Positions 53,746-62,357 of a stretch of 64,000 bases of DNA are shown here, piece by piece. The position numbers were made by a program, and so were the translations under genes. Below the pieces are notes generated by a model that was given only the letters and a program-made list of their open reading frames with translations, was not told the origin of the DNA and did not search any database. Position 1 is the first letter of the stretch. The number at the start of each line of letters is the position of its first letter. The DNA is from Acidobacteria bacterium RIFCSPLOWO2_12_FULL_68_19 (lineage in GTDB: Bacteria > Acidobacteriota > Vicinamibacteria > Vicinamibacterales > UBA2999): positions 41,277 to 105,276 of the forward strand of contig MELF01000045.1 in assembly GCA_001767525.1 (NCBI GenBank). Direction: 5' to 3'.

Positions 53746-53861
53746 GTGCGAGGGTGCGACGGTGCGAGGGTGCGAGGGTGCGTCCGACGGTGCGAGGGTG
53801 CGAGGGTGCGATCGTGCGATCGTGCGAGGGTGCGATCGTGCGATCGTGCGAGGGTGCGAGG
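53746..53861. repeat. tandem repeat, 14 units of 8 bp (GTGCGAGG / GTGCGATC variants; one 12-bp unit)
   Basis: Read directly. Unit order is GAGG,GACG,GAGG,GAGG,(gtgcgtccgacg),GAGG,GAGG,GATC,GATC,GAGG,GATC,GATC,GAGG,GAGG. It starts 7 nt after the ubiB stop. Confidence 0.9.
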
Positions 53862-53957
53862 GTCCGGCGATTCGAAAGCGTCCGGCAGCGCCATGGCGCC
53901 GTCGCAGATCGGTCCGACGAACGATATGGCTCCGCTGGGAACGATTACGCGCGCTCG

Positions 53958-53970
53958 GGGGAACTTCCCC
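53958..53970. promoter_or_regulatory. inverted repeat GGGGAA-C-TTCCCC upstream of the CBS gene
   Basis: Perfect 6-bp arms, about 100 nt upstream of ATG 54071. It resembles other GGGAA..TTCC sites in the window. Confidence 0.3.
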
Positions 53971-54070
53971 TCACCGGGGTGGCGCGTCGCGGGGGCGGCC
54001 TCGACTCCCCGTGGCGGATGTGGCCGCCCGGCTGGTGACGGCTTTGCACCCGCCTCGACAGGGGGTTGTT

Positions 54071-54556
54071 ATGAATGTTCGGGAACTCATGACCGAGCCG
54101 GTTCTGACCTGCACCCCGCAGACGTCGCTGGCCGTAGCTGCCCGTCTTATGCGGGAAGCGGACTATGGGACGCTGCCGGTCGTTGACGCGGCGGGACGGC
54201 TCGTCGGCATTCTCACGGACCGCGACGTGTGCCTGGCGCTGGCCGGCACCAGGCGGAACGCCGGCAACATCGCCGTGCGCGAGGCGATGACGGCGAACGT
54301 CTTCTCCGCCCTGGTCGACGACGACGTCCGCAGCGCGTTGGCGGTGATGAAGCAGCACCGGGTCCGGCGCCTGCCCGTGCGCGACACGTCGGGGAACCTC
54401 AAGGGGATGCTGTCGGTCGAGGACATGGTCGTTCGTGGCCTCGCTGGCGACGGGATCGGCGCCGACGAGATCGTCGAGGCGCTGCGGGCGATGTACACCC
54501 GCGTGCCCGTCGCGGTGGAACTGACACCGGGGCCGAGTGACTTCACGCCGGGCTGA
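54071..54556 (+). CDS. CBS-domain pair protein
   Basis: 161 aa. VRELMTEPVLTCTP...AARLM.E...G.LPVVDAAGRLVGILTDRDV and REAMTANVFSA...A..VM..H.VRRLPVRD..GNLKGMLSVEDM. Confidence 0.85.
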   Translation: MNVRELMTEPVLTCTPQTSLAVAARLMREADYGTLPVVDAAGRLVGILTDRDVCLALAGTRRNAGNIAVREAMTANVFSALVDDDVRSALAVMKQHRVRRLPVRDTSGNLKGMLSVEDMVVRGLAGDGIGADEIVEALRAMYTRVPVAVELTPGPSDFTPG

Positions 54557-54697
54557 CCGGGCGGGCGCGGACGCCACAGCGGATCGTCGTTGCGATTGGC
54601 GCCGCGCCGCGAGATGCGCTCGAGGCCGTCGGAGCCGAAGCCGAGGAGGTCGTATGCCTCGAGGCTTCCGACGCCTTCTTCGCCGTGGGCGAGTTCT

Positions 54698-54982
54698 TCA
54701 GGAACTTCTCAGAGGTGACCGACGAGATGGTCGTGGCGGCGCTGACCCGCTCGGCGGCCGCATGAAGCTCCCCACGAGCTGCAGCCCGCGTGCGTCGGCG
54801 TACCACACGCAGGCGGACGCCTGCTCGGCATAGGAGAGCGCCCGCGCCTCCGCGGCGACATAGGTGCCGCACATGAACTGCGGGCCGTGCTTGCCGTAGA
54901 CGACGAACTGCAGCCCCTCCGCGGTCTTCTCGCGAATGATGACGGCGTCGGCGCTGGCGGCTGTGGAGGGCCAGTCCATCAC
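54698..54982 (-). CDS. small hypothetical protein
   Basis: 94-aa ORF. Its start overlaps the upstream stop (ATGA 54979-54982). The core is AVIIREKTAEGLQFVVYGKHGPQFMCGTYVAAEARALSYAEQ. The low-complexity tail may be read-through. Confidence 0.4.
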   Translation of the reverse strand: MMDWPSTAASADAVIIREKTAEGLQFVVYGKHGPQFMCGTYVAAEARALSYAEQASACVWYADARGLQLVGSFMRPPSGSAPPRPSRRSPLRSS

Positions 54983-55284
54983 ATCCCGACGCTCGAGTCC
55001 ACGACGGGTCGGCCCACGTCGGCGCGCACGTACGCCCCTTGACGCGTCTGTCTGAGAAACTTCACGTCGACGAGTGCTTCGATCAGCGCGTCACAGGCGA
55101 CCGGGTCGAGTCCCCAGAGTCGTTTCATCTGAGGCTTCGTCAGGTGCAGGCCGGGCATCTCGAGGTACTCGGCCCGTATCAGATGAAGCCATTCGGTAAT
55201 GGCCGTTTCGGATGGCAACATGAGGGCCTCTTCTTCGGCGCACGGCGGCTCTCGCTCATCGCGCGGCCCCGGCGCATGATGCAT
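54979..55284 (-). CDS. small hypothetical protein, winged-helix-like (start uncertain; alternative ATG 55221)
   Basis: EWLHLIRAEYLEMPGLHLTKPQMKRLWGLDPVACDALIEALVDVKFLRQTRQGAYVR resembles a recurrent small HTH-like family that I cannot name. Confidence 0.5.
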   Translation of the reverse strand: MHHAPGPRDEREPPCAEEEALMLPSETAITEWLHLIRAEYLEMPGLHLTKPQMKRLWGLDPVACDALIEALVDVKFLRQTRQGAYVRADVGRPVVDSSVGM

Positions 55285-55335
55285 CCTGTCGCAAGCCCTT
55301 CACCCCAGACAATCGGGCGATCCCGTCTCGAGGCT

Positions 55336-55352
55336 GTCGGGAATTCCCCGAC
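55336..55352. promoter_or_regulatory. near-palindrome GTCGGGAATTCCCCGAC in a divergent spacer
   Basis: It lies between the small-gene operon (minus strand) and the second FixL-like kinase (plus strand, ATG 55442). The core is GGGAATTCCC(C). Confidence 0.3.
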
Positions 55353-55441
55353 ACGGGCGTGAGGCGCGTGACCCACGTCGCGACGCGCGTTGGATTCGGG
55401 GGTGTTGCGTGCGAAACCGGTTGGTATGATCAGCGGCAGTC

Positions 55442-56974
55442 ATGGCCAAGGCCTCGGCAAGGGCACGGCGATCGAAGACACAGGCCCTTGCGGCAGCTCG
55501 GGCTGCCGAGTCGCGCCGGCGCCGCCTCGGCACGGCCAAGGGCCGCCTCGCGGCCGCACCGGTCGGTGAGCTGTATCGACAGGCGCTCGAGTCGCTGCCG
55601 GTCGCCGCGGTTCTCGTCGTGAGCGGCCGGCTCAGGATGAACCGGGCCGCCGAGGCGATGACCGGTTATCGGCGGAGCGAGCTTGCCACGGTGGCGGCCT
55701 GGTGTGCGGCGCTGCATGGCGCCGAGGCGTCCGCACTCCGTCCGTGCTACGACAGCGGCTCACACGATGGTACGGGGCCGCCCGTCTCGCTGGCGATCGC
55801 ATGCAAGGACGGACCAACGCGCCATGTCCGGCTCACGATCCGTCGGCTGAACGAGAGCTGCGACCTCTGGGTGCTGATCGATCTGACCGAGCACGATCAG
55901 GCCGAGCGGACACTGCGCAGCAGCGAAGACTATCTGCGATCGATCGTCGATACCGCCCCGGACGGGATCATCACGATCGACGAGCACGGCACGATCGAGA
56001 CGTTCAACGCGGCCGCCGAGCGGATGTTCGGCTACACCGCGGGCGAGGTCGTCGGTCGGAACGTCCGCCTCCTGATGCCCCCGCCGTATCGCGACGAGCA
56101 CGACGGGTATATCGCACGGTATCTGAAGACGCGTGAGAAGCGCGTCATCGGCGGCGGCCGCGAAGTGGTCGGCCTGCGCAAGGACGGCACCACGTTCCCG
56201 GTGAGGATCGCGTGTGGCGAGATCGTCGGCCATCGCCGTTTTACCGGCGTCCTGCACGATCTCACGGACCGTCGCAAGCTCGAACGGCGCCTGGCGGAGA
56301 TTCAGTTGCAGGAGCGCCGCCACATGGCCCGGGAGATCCACGATGACGTGGGCGGGCACCTGACGGGCGTCGGGCTGCTGATGCAGCTCCTGAGCACCAA
56401 GCTGAAAGAGGCCGGATCACCCCTGGCGGTCAAGGGGGAGGAGATCGTGTCGGCCGTTGCGACGGCGCACGAGCGCCTGCGGGCGACGCTTCGGGGCTGG
56501 GTGCCGCTCGAGGCGACGCCGGAAGGGCTGCGGGTCGCGCTGGCCGACCTCGCGATGGACTGCGACACGAGACTGGGGATCCGCTGCCGGTTCGAGTGCG
56601 ATCCACCGGTCGACGTTCCGGATCCCGTCACCGGGCTCCATGTGTTTCGCATCGCTCAGGAAGCGGTCAACAACGCCGTGCGGCACGGCACGCCCAAGCA
56701 GATCACCGTGAGCCTTGCGCGGGCAGCCCAGGTGCTCGAAGTCACAGTGAGCGATGACGGGTGCGGCCTCGGGGAGATTCCGGCGGGACATCCCGGCACC
56801 GGGCTGGAGGGAATGCGCGAGAGAGCGCGCCTGTTGGGCGGTGAATGCACCATCGAGCCGAGAGAAGGCGGCGGGACGTTCGTCAGGTGCTGGGTGCCTT
56901 GGCGCGGATCGGAGGTCGCCGCCACGGCGCCCCCCGCCCTGAACCCGCAGATGCGCCCCGGCCGGCCGTTGTAG
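55442..56974 (+). CDS. FixL-like heme-PAS sensor histidine kinase (PAS-PAS-HisKA_3-HATPase)
   Basis: The second PAS domain, NVRLLMPPPYRDEHDGYIARYLKTREKRVIGGGREVVGLRKDGTTFPVRIACGEI..FTGVLHDLT, is paralogous to 33627..34709. The HisKA_3 H-box is AREIHDDVGGHLTG, followed by an HATPase domain. Confidence 0.85.
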   Translation: MAKASARARRSKTQALAAARAAESRRRRLGTAKGRLAAAPVGELYRQALESLPVAAVLVVSGRLRMNRAAEAMTGYRRSELATVAAWCAALHGAEASALRPCYDSGSHDGTGPPVSLAIACKDGPTRHVRLTIRRLNESCDLWVLIDLTEHDQAERTLRSSEDYLRSIVDTAPDGIITIDEHGTIETFNAAAERMFGYTAGEVVGRNVRLLMPPPYRDEHDGYIARYLKTREKRVIGGGREVVGLRKDGTTFPVRIACGEIVGHRRFTGVLHDLTDRRKLERRLAEIQLQERRHMAREIHDDVGGHLTGVGLLMQLLSTKLKEAGSPLAVKGEEIVSAVATAHERLRATLRGWVPLEATPEGLRVALADLAMDCDTRLGIRCRFECDPPVDVPDPVTGLHVFRIAQEAVNNAVRHGTPKQITVSLARAAQVLEVTVSDDGCGLGEIPAGHPGTGLEGMRERARLLGGECTIEPREGGGTFVRCWVPWRGSEVAATAPPALNPQMRPGRPL

Positions 56975-56980
56975 AGTGAT

Positions 56981-57682
56981 GTGATTCGCATGGCGGCGCG
57001 CGACTCCACGGACAAGACGACGAGGTCCGCTCGCGGGGGATCGTTGAGGATCGTGATAGTCGACGATCATCCGATCGTTCGAAACGGGCTGACCGAACTC
57101 ATCAACCACGAGCCCGACATGGTCGTCTGCGGTGAGAGCGACACGCCGGCGGAGGCGCTGGCGCGGATTCGCGCCGATCGCCCCGACCTGGCCATCGTGG
57201 ATCTGTCGCTCGGCCTGGAGTCCGGTCTCGACCTGGTCAAGAAACTGGACGCCTCGTTCCCCGAGGTGCGCGTGCTCGTCCTCTCCATGCACGACGAAAC
57301 GCTCCACGCCGAACGCGCGCTCGCGGCAGGCGCCCGCGGCTACATCATGAAAGAGGCCGCCATGCAGAACCTGATCGCGGCCATCCGATGCGTGGCCAGT
57401 GGCAAGACCTACGTCAGTCCCCGGATGTCGGAGCGCATCGTGGCCCGCCTGACGGCTCGAGGCGCGGCGCGGGAGGAAGCCGCTCCCCTGGAGCGTCTGA
57501 CGGACCGCGAACGCGAAGTGTTCGCCCTCATCGGACGCGGGCTGGGTGCGCGTGAGATCGCCCGGCAGTTGCGCGTCTCGGCCAAGACCATCGAGACCCA
57601 TCAGGCCCGCATCAAGGAGAAGCTCGGGCTTCCTACGGGCCGCGCCTTGACGCGGGCGGCCGTGAGCTGGACGCAATCATGA
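56981..57682 (+). CDS. NarL/FixJ-family response regulator (receiver + LuxR HTH)
   Basis: LRIVIVDDHPIVRNG...DLAIVDLSL...VLVLSMHDE...GARGYIMK plus LTDREREVFALIGRGLGAREIARQLRVSAKTIETHQARIKEKLG. Confidence 0.9.
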   Translation: MIRMAARDSTDKTTRSARGGSLRIVIVDDHPIVRNGLTELINHEPDMVVCGESDTPAEALARIRADRPDLAIVDLSLGLESGLDLVKKLDASFPEVRVLVLSMHDETLHAERALAAGARGYIMKEAAMQNLIAAIRCVASGKTYVSPRMSERIVARLTARGAAREEAAPLERLTDREREVFALIGRGLGAREIARQLRVSAKTIETHQARIKEKLGLPTGRALTRAAVSWTQS

Positions 57683-58454
57683 GAGACGCGGGCGGCAGAT
57701 CGATCCCGTGCGCCAGGCGCTCCAGCGAGCGCCACGGCGGCGGCGCGTCGAATTCGTACTGACCCGCGACGAGGAGCGGCGTGCCGCGGGCGCCGATGTC
57801 GCCCCTCCGGTCGGTCTCCCACCCGTCGCCCCATTGGTGGACCCAGATGGCGTCGCGCGCGAGCAGGCGGATGCACGCGTGCGAGGACGGATGGCCGGGC
57901 AGCGCGTTGGCGTGCAGCGCCAGGCCGCGCGCATTCTCGAAATTGAAGTACCACTCCATGTACCACTCGGGGTTCACCGTGCTGTGCCGGCCGCGGGAGC
58001 GCCAGTTCAGGTTGAACCATCCGCTCGGCGTCGCGAACCCCGAACGCCCCGTGCTGACCGGTCCCCACCGGACGAGGCGTCCCCCTTCATACGCCGCAAA
58101 CGCCTGCGCCGGCTGATCGACGACGAGCAGTTTGGGAAGGTGCGCTGCTGCCGCATAGGTGAGCGGGAAGGGGCTGTACGGCAGGTCGTCGCCGTGCCAC
58201 ACCAAGGGAACGACCATGAACTCCTGTCGGGGCAGGTGCGCCACATCCGCCCGATTGAGCTTCTCGAGAATGGCTCGCTGCGGGGCGGTGAATCGGGCGA
58301 GATCGCCCGCATCGTCGATACGCCGCTCGACGCGGTACTCGACTCGAGTGCCCGGGCGGTCGTCCGCGTCGGCGGCGTGCGCGGGCACAGGAGCCGCCAG
58401 CAGTGCGATGACCGACAGGACGATCGGGCCGACGGCGAGCCTCGGAACCTCCAT
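57633..58454 (-). CDS. L,D-transpeptidase (YkuD) domain protein
   Basis: Signal peptide, then ...GRLVRWGPVSTGRSGFATPSG...ALHANALPGHPSSHACIRL (catalytic H...SH.CIR motif). Confidence 0.8.
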   Translation of the reverse strand: MEVPRLAVGPIVLSVIALLAAPVPAHAADADDRPGTRVEYRVERRIDDAGDLARFTAPQRAILEKLNRADVAHLPRQEFMVVPLVWHGDDLPYSPFPLTYAAAAHLPKLLVVDQPAQAFAAYEGGRLVRWGPVSTGRSGFATPSGWFNLNWRSRGRHSTVNPEWYMEWYFNFENARGLALHANALPGHPSSHACIRLLARDAIWVHQWGDGWETDRRGDIGARGTPLLVAGQYEFDAPPPWRSLERLAHGIDLPPASLMIASSSRPPASRRGP

Positions 58455-58688
58455 GCAGTTCTACTACCGCGGTACACGCGCCGGCGACCGGTGCCGCCGC
58501 GAAGATCACCCGTGCCGCCCGGGGAAGATTCAGGTGGCGTCGTCGACTATTCCGCACGGCGGCGGTCGGCCATGACCCCACGCCTTGACTGTGCACCGGT
58601 CGCCAGAGGAACGGCTGTTGCTGATCCTGTTGCCGAGGGAGTGTGAGTCGGACCCGAGCTTGCGCTCCCCGTCACAAGGAGGCGTGCC

Positions 58689-59219
58689 ATGGCACCCAGG
58701 AAGGAGCGGGAGCTGGTTCCGAGCCGCTTCATCCGTGATCCGTTTGGTGCGATGCGGGAGATGCGGTCGGAACTCGACCGGATGTTCGACGACTTCGGCT
58801 GGCCGTCGTTCCGTTGGCCGTGGTTCGAAAGGCTCCGGACCGCGGAGGAGGCGTGGTTTCCGGAGACCGACGTCTTCGAGAAGGACAACAGGCTCTTCGC
58901 GAAGATCGATCTGCCCGGCATGAAGAAGGAGGACGTGAAAGTCGAAGTGACCGACGGCCAGCTCGCCATCTCGGGCGAGCGGAAGCGCGAGGCCGAGGAG
59001 AAGGGCGAGCAGTTCTACCGATGCGAGCGGGAGTACGGGAGCTTCTATCGCGCTGTGCCGCTGCCCGAGGGCGTCAAGACGGAGGACGTCAAGGCAACCT
59101 TCACCGACGGCGTGCTCGAGGTGAGCGTGCCGCTGCCGGCCCGGCCGGAAGCGAAGGTGCGGAAGGTCGAAATACAGGAGGCGGCCAGGCCCGCGAAGGT
59201 CGAGAAGACCGCGGCATAG
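58689..59219 (+). CDS. Hsp20/alpha-crystallin small heat-shock protein
   Basis: 176 aa. FPETDVFEKDNRLFAKIDLPGMKKEDVKVEVTDGQLAISGERK...GSFYRAVPLPEGVKTEDVKATFTDGVLEVSVP. Confidence 0.9.
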   Translation: MAPRKERELVPSRFIRDPFGAMREMRSELDRMFDDFGWPSFRWPWFERLRTAEEAWFPETDVFEKDNRLFAKIDLPGMKKEDVKVEVTDGQLAISGERKREAEEKGEQFYRCEREYGSFYRAVPLPEGVKTEDVKATFTDGVLEVSVPLPARPEAKVRKVEIQEAARPAKVEKTAA

Positions 59220-59254
59220 CGCGCGAAGGGGGGCATGAGGAAGGCGGTCCTCCG

Positions 59255-61924
59255 TCACACCGGCAGGCGCTCGAGGCCGACCGCGGTGACCTTGAACTCG
59301 GGCGTGTCGGTCGTGGCGTCGCGGTGGGGTCCGGTCACCGCGTTGAGGGCGACGTCGGGACGGTGAAACGTGGCGAAGAGCTGACCTGGCTGCATGGCGA
59401 CGTCGAGACGCGCGGGCAGGACGGCCGAGCCGTACCGACTGGTCAGGCGCACGAGATCGCCATCCCGGACGGCGAGCCGGCCGGCATCGTCGGGCGACAT
59501 GTCGACGAGGTCGGTCGGACGAAGCTCGGCGTTCCTCGTGCGGCTGGTCATCGTACCCGCGTTGAACTGGTAGAGCGAGCGCCCCGTCGTCAGCAGGAAC
59601 GGAAAGTCGCGCGTGACCTGCTCTGGCGTCTCGCGGTAGTCGACTGTCTGCAGGCGCGCGCGCGTGCCGACGGCAAAGGCGTCGCGGTGGAGCAGCTTTG
59701 TGCCGGCATGGTGTTCCGTGGGGCAGGGCCACTGCAGCCCACCGTCGGCGAGCCGCGCGTAGCTCATCCCCCGAGCGCCGTCGCAGAGCGCTCTGACCTC
59801 GTTCCATATGGCTTCCGCGCCGTCGAAATCGAACCCGTGAGCGCCCATGGTCCGGGCGACTTCGCAGAGGATCTGCCAGTCGGGCTTGGAGGCGCCGACG
59901 GGCCGCAGCGCCGCCCGAACGCGCTGGACCCGGCGCTCGGCGTTCATGAACGTGCCGTCCTTCTCGAATGACGAGCAGGCGGGGAGGAACACCGAGCCGA
60001 CCGCACGCGCCGTTTCAGTGAGGAACAGGTCCTGGACAATGACCAGATCGAGGGACCGCAGGGCCCGCGCCGTCTCGGCCATGTTGGGGTTGGTCAGGAG
60101 CACGTCGTACCCGATCACCCACAGCGCCTTCAGGCGGCGCTCGATGGCGGCCTCCATCATCTGGAACAGGTTGAGTCCATGCCCGGCGGGCACCGGAACG
60201 CCCCATACGCGCTCGGCGATCGCCCGCCCCTGCTCGAGCGGCGTGGATCCGCTCAGCACCGCCGGATCGCACCCCATGTGCGCCGCGCCCTGGACGTTGT
60301 TCTGGCCGCGCAGCGGGTTGATGCCCGCGCCCGGTGTGGCGACGTTGCCGGTCAGCAGCGCCAGATTGATGAGCGCCGTCACGCCGTCGGTGCCCTGGAC
60401 GTGCTCGGTCAGTCCGAGACCATGGACGCTGAGGGCCGGCGACGCCTCTGCGTAGAGCCTCGCCGCCCGGCGGATCGCCTCGGCCTCGACCCCGCACACG
60501 CCGGCGGCCCGTTCCGGAGTCCAGCGGTGAATGAACCGCGCGAACGCGTCGATGTTCGAGACGCGCTCGTCGAGGAAGGCGCGGTCGATGAGCCCTTCCT
60601 CGACGATCGTGTGCGCCATCGCGTTGAGGAGCGCGACGTTGGTCCCGGGCCGAAGGGCGAGATGGCAGTCCGCATGGTGGGCCAGCTCGATGCGGCGCGG
60701 GTCAATGACGATGAGGCGGGCCCCGCGCCGGGCGGCCTGCTTGATGCGGGCGCCGACGATCGGATGGTTCTCCGTGGGATTGGCGCCGCAGACGAGGATG
60801 GCCCGGGCGATCTCGATGTCGTCGAAGGAGCTGGTGGCCAGACCGGCGCCGAAGGCGCGCTTCAGCGCGGCCGCGCTCGGCGCGTGGCACACGCGTGCGC
60901 AGCAGTCCACGTTGTTGGTGCCGATGACCGTCCGGGCGAACTTCTGCGCCAGGTAGTTCTCTTCGTTGGTCGCGCGCGCCGAGCCGAGGATGCCGATACT
61001 GTCGGGGCCGTGCTGTTCGATCAGGCGGCGCAGGCGTCCGGCGACCAGCGTCCGCGCCTCGTTCCACGAGACGCGCCGCCAGGCGTCGCTGTCGCGAATC
61101 ATCGGATGGGTGACCCGGTCGGCCGCCGAGACGAACCCGAATCCGTACCGCCCCTTGACGCAGAGATGCCCCTTGCTCACCGGCGCGTCGAGCACCGGTC
61201 CCACCGAGACGATGCGCCCGTCGCGGGTGCCGACGTTCAACTCGCATCCGACGCCGCAGTACGGACAGACCGTCCGCGTCCACTGCGCCGGCACCCGGAA
61301 TGCGGAGGCGGCTCGATCCTCGAGCGCACCGGTCGGACAGCTGTCCACGCACGCGCCGCAGCCGACGCACGAGCTCTCGCCGAGCGTCGGGCCGTCGGGG
61401 CGAATCTCGGTCCCCAGCCCGCGCCGGCGCACGTGCCACACGAACTGGCCCTGCAGCTCCTCGCAGATGCGGACGCAGCGGTAGCAGTCGATGCAGCGCG
61501 TCATGTCGACGCGGATGTACGGATGCGCCCCGTCCTCCATGTCGAACGGCGAACGACGATCCGCTGCGCAGCCGGCAAGTCCGGCTTCGCGCACGGCATG
61601 ATGGAACGGCTTGTCCGGAAAGCGGCGGATCGCGTCGGAGGGATAGCGGCGGACCAGCATTTCCAGATGGGCGCGTCGAGCGTCGCGAAGATCCGGTGCG
61701 TCGGTGTCGATCTCCATGCCGTCCAGCAGGGGCGTCGTGCAGGCCGTCAGCGGCCGTGCCGACCCGGCGACGTGCACCAGGCAGAGCCGGCACGCCCCGG
61801 ACGGGGTCAGGCGGTCGTCGTGGCACAAGGCCGGCAGGCGCACGCCCGCCGCGCGCAGTGCGTCGAGGACCGAACCTCCCTCGGGCAGCTCGTACCTGGT
61901 CCGGTTGATCGAGACGCGAAGCAC
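59255..61924 (-). CDS. formate dehydrogenase alpha-like molybdopterin oxidoreductase with N-terminal 2Fe-2S/4Fe-4S domains (Cys type)
   Basis: GTG 61924 follows GAGG. Fe-S motifs are CRLCLV, CIDCYRCVRIC, CVGCGACVDSCP and CPYCGVGC. The active-site region is NNVDCCARVCHAPS (Cys, no in-frame TGA). 889 aa. Confidence 0.85.
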   Translation of the reverse strand: MLRVSINRTRYELPEGGSVLDALRAAGVRLPALCHDDRLTPSGACRLCLVHVAGSARPLTACTTPLLDGMEIDTDAPDLRDARRAHLEMLVRRYPSDAIRRFPDKPFHHAVREAGLAGCAADRRSPFDMEDGAHPYIRVDMTRCIDCYRCVRICEELQGQFVWHVRRRGLGTEIRPDGPTLGESSCVGCGACVDSCPTGALEDRAASAFRVPAQWTRTVCPYCGVGCELNVGTRDGRIVSVGPVLDAPVSKGHLCVKGRYGFGFVSAADRVTHPMIRDSDAWRRVSWNEARTLVAGRLRRLIEQHGPDSIGILGSARATNEENYLAQKFARTVIGTNNVDCCARVCHAPSAAALKRAFGAGLATSSFDDIEIARAILVCGANPTENHPIVGARIKQAARRGARLIVIDPRRIELAHHADCHLALRPGTNVALLNAMAHTIVEEGLIDRAFLDERVSNIDAFARFIHRWTPERAAGVCGVEAEAIRRAARLYAEASPALSVHGLGLTEHVQGTDGVTALINLALLTGNVATPGAGINPLRGQNNVQGAAHMGCDPAVLSGSTPLEQGRAIAERVWGVPVPAGHGLNLFQMMEAAIERRLKALWVIGYDVLLTNPNMAETARALRSLDLVIVQDLFLTETARAVGSVFLPACSSFEKDGTFMNAERRVQRVRAALRPVGASKPDWQILCEVARTMGAHGFDFDGAEAIWNEVRALCDGARGMSYARLADGGLQWPCPTEHHAGTKLLHRDAFAVGTRARLQTVDYRETPEQVTRDFPFLLTTGRSLYQFNAGTMTSRTRNAELRPTDLVDMSPDDAGRLAVRDGDLVRLTSRYGSAVLPARLDVAMQPGQLFATFHRPDVALNAVTGPHRDATTDTPEFKVTAVGLERLPV

Positions 61925-61937
61925 GTGAACGTCCGCC

Positions 61938-62357
61938 TCACATGCTCCCACGGTTGGGCGCCTGGTGGGCCTTGACGGCGCCCCGCTGCCGCCGCGCGAA
62001 GTCCTGCAGCCTGCGCCGCGCCGCGTCGAAGGCCTCGCGAATGGCGACCTCGGCGTACTTGTGCACCGCCTCGAGCTCATCGTCTTTGTGGTGGGTCTCC
62101 TCCTGGACGTCCTCCAGGACGCCGTGCGTGGTCGGCTCGTGTCCGACGATGACGTCCTCACCCGGGAGCGACAGCTCGATCCGGACGCCCACGTGCCGCC
62201 CGTGCCCCCGATGGCGATGCGGGACGTCGACGAGGACGCGACAGCCGACGATGCCGGGATAGAACGTCTCCAGCCGGGCGACGCGGGCCTGAATGAGCGC
62301 CTCCAGCCGCGCGTTGGGCCGCATGTTGCGGAACGTAGTGCGTACTGGCGTGGTCAT
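61938..62357 (-). CDS. HPF/RaiA-family ribosome-associated (hibernation factor-like) protein
   Basis: 139 aa. VRTTFRNMRPNARLEALIQARVARLETFYPGIVGCRVLVDVPHRH...VGVRIELSLPG...AIREAFDAARRRLQDFARRQRG matches the short HPF-like family. Confidence 0.65.
   Translation of the reverse strand: MTTPVRTTFRNMRPNARLEALIQARVARLETFYPGIVGCRVLVDVPHRHRGHGRHVGVRIELSLPGEDVIVGHEPTTHGVLEDVQEETHHKDDELEAVHKYAEVAIREAFDAARRRLQDFARRQRGAVKAHQAPNRGSM

Noticed and set aside
53746-53861. Possible CRISPR array, because of the regular short repeats.
   Set aside because: The units are 8 bp and directly abutting with no spacers, and there are no cas genes in the window. It is a microsatellite-type tandem array.
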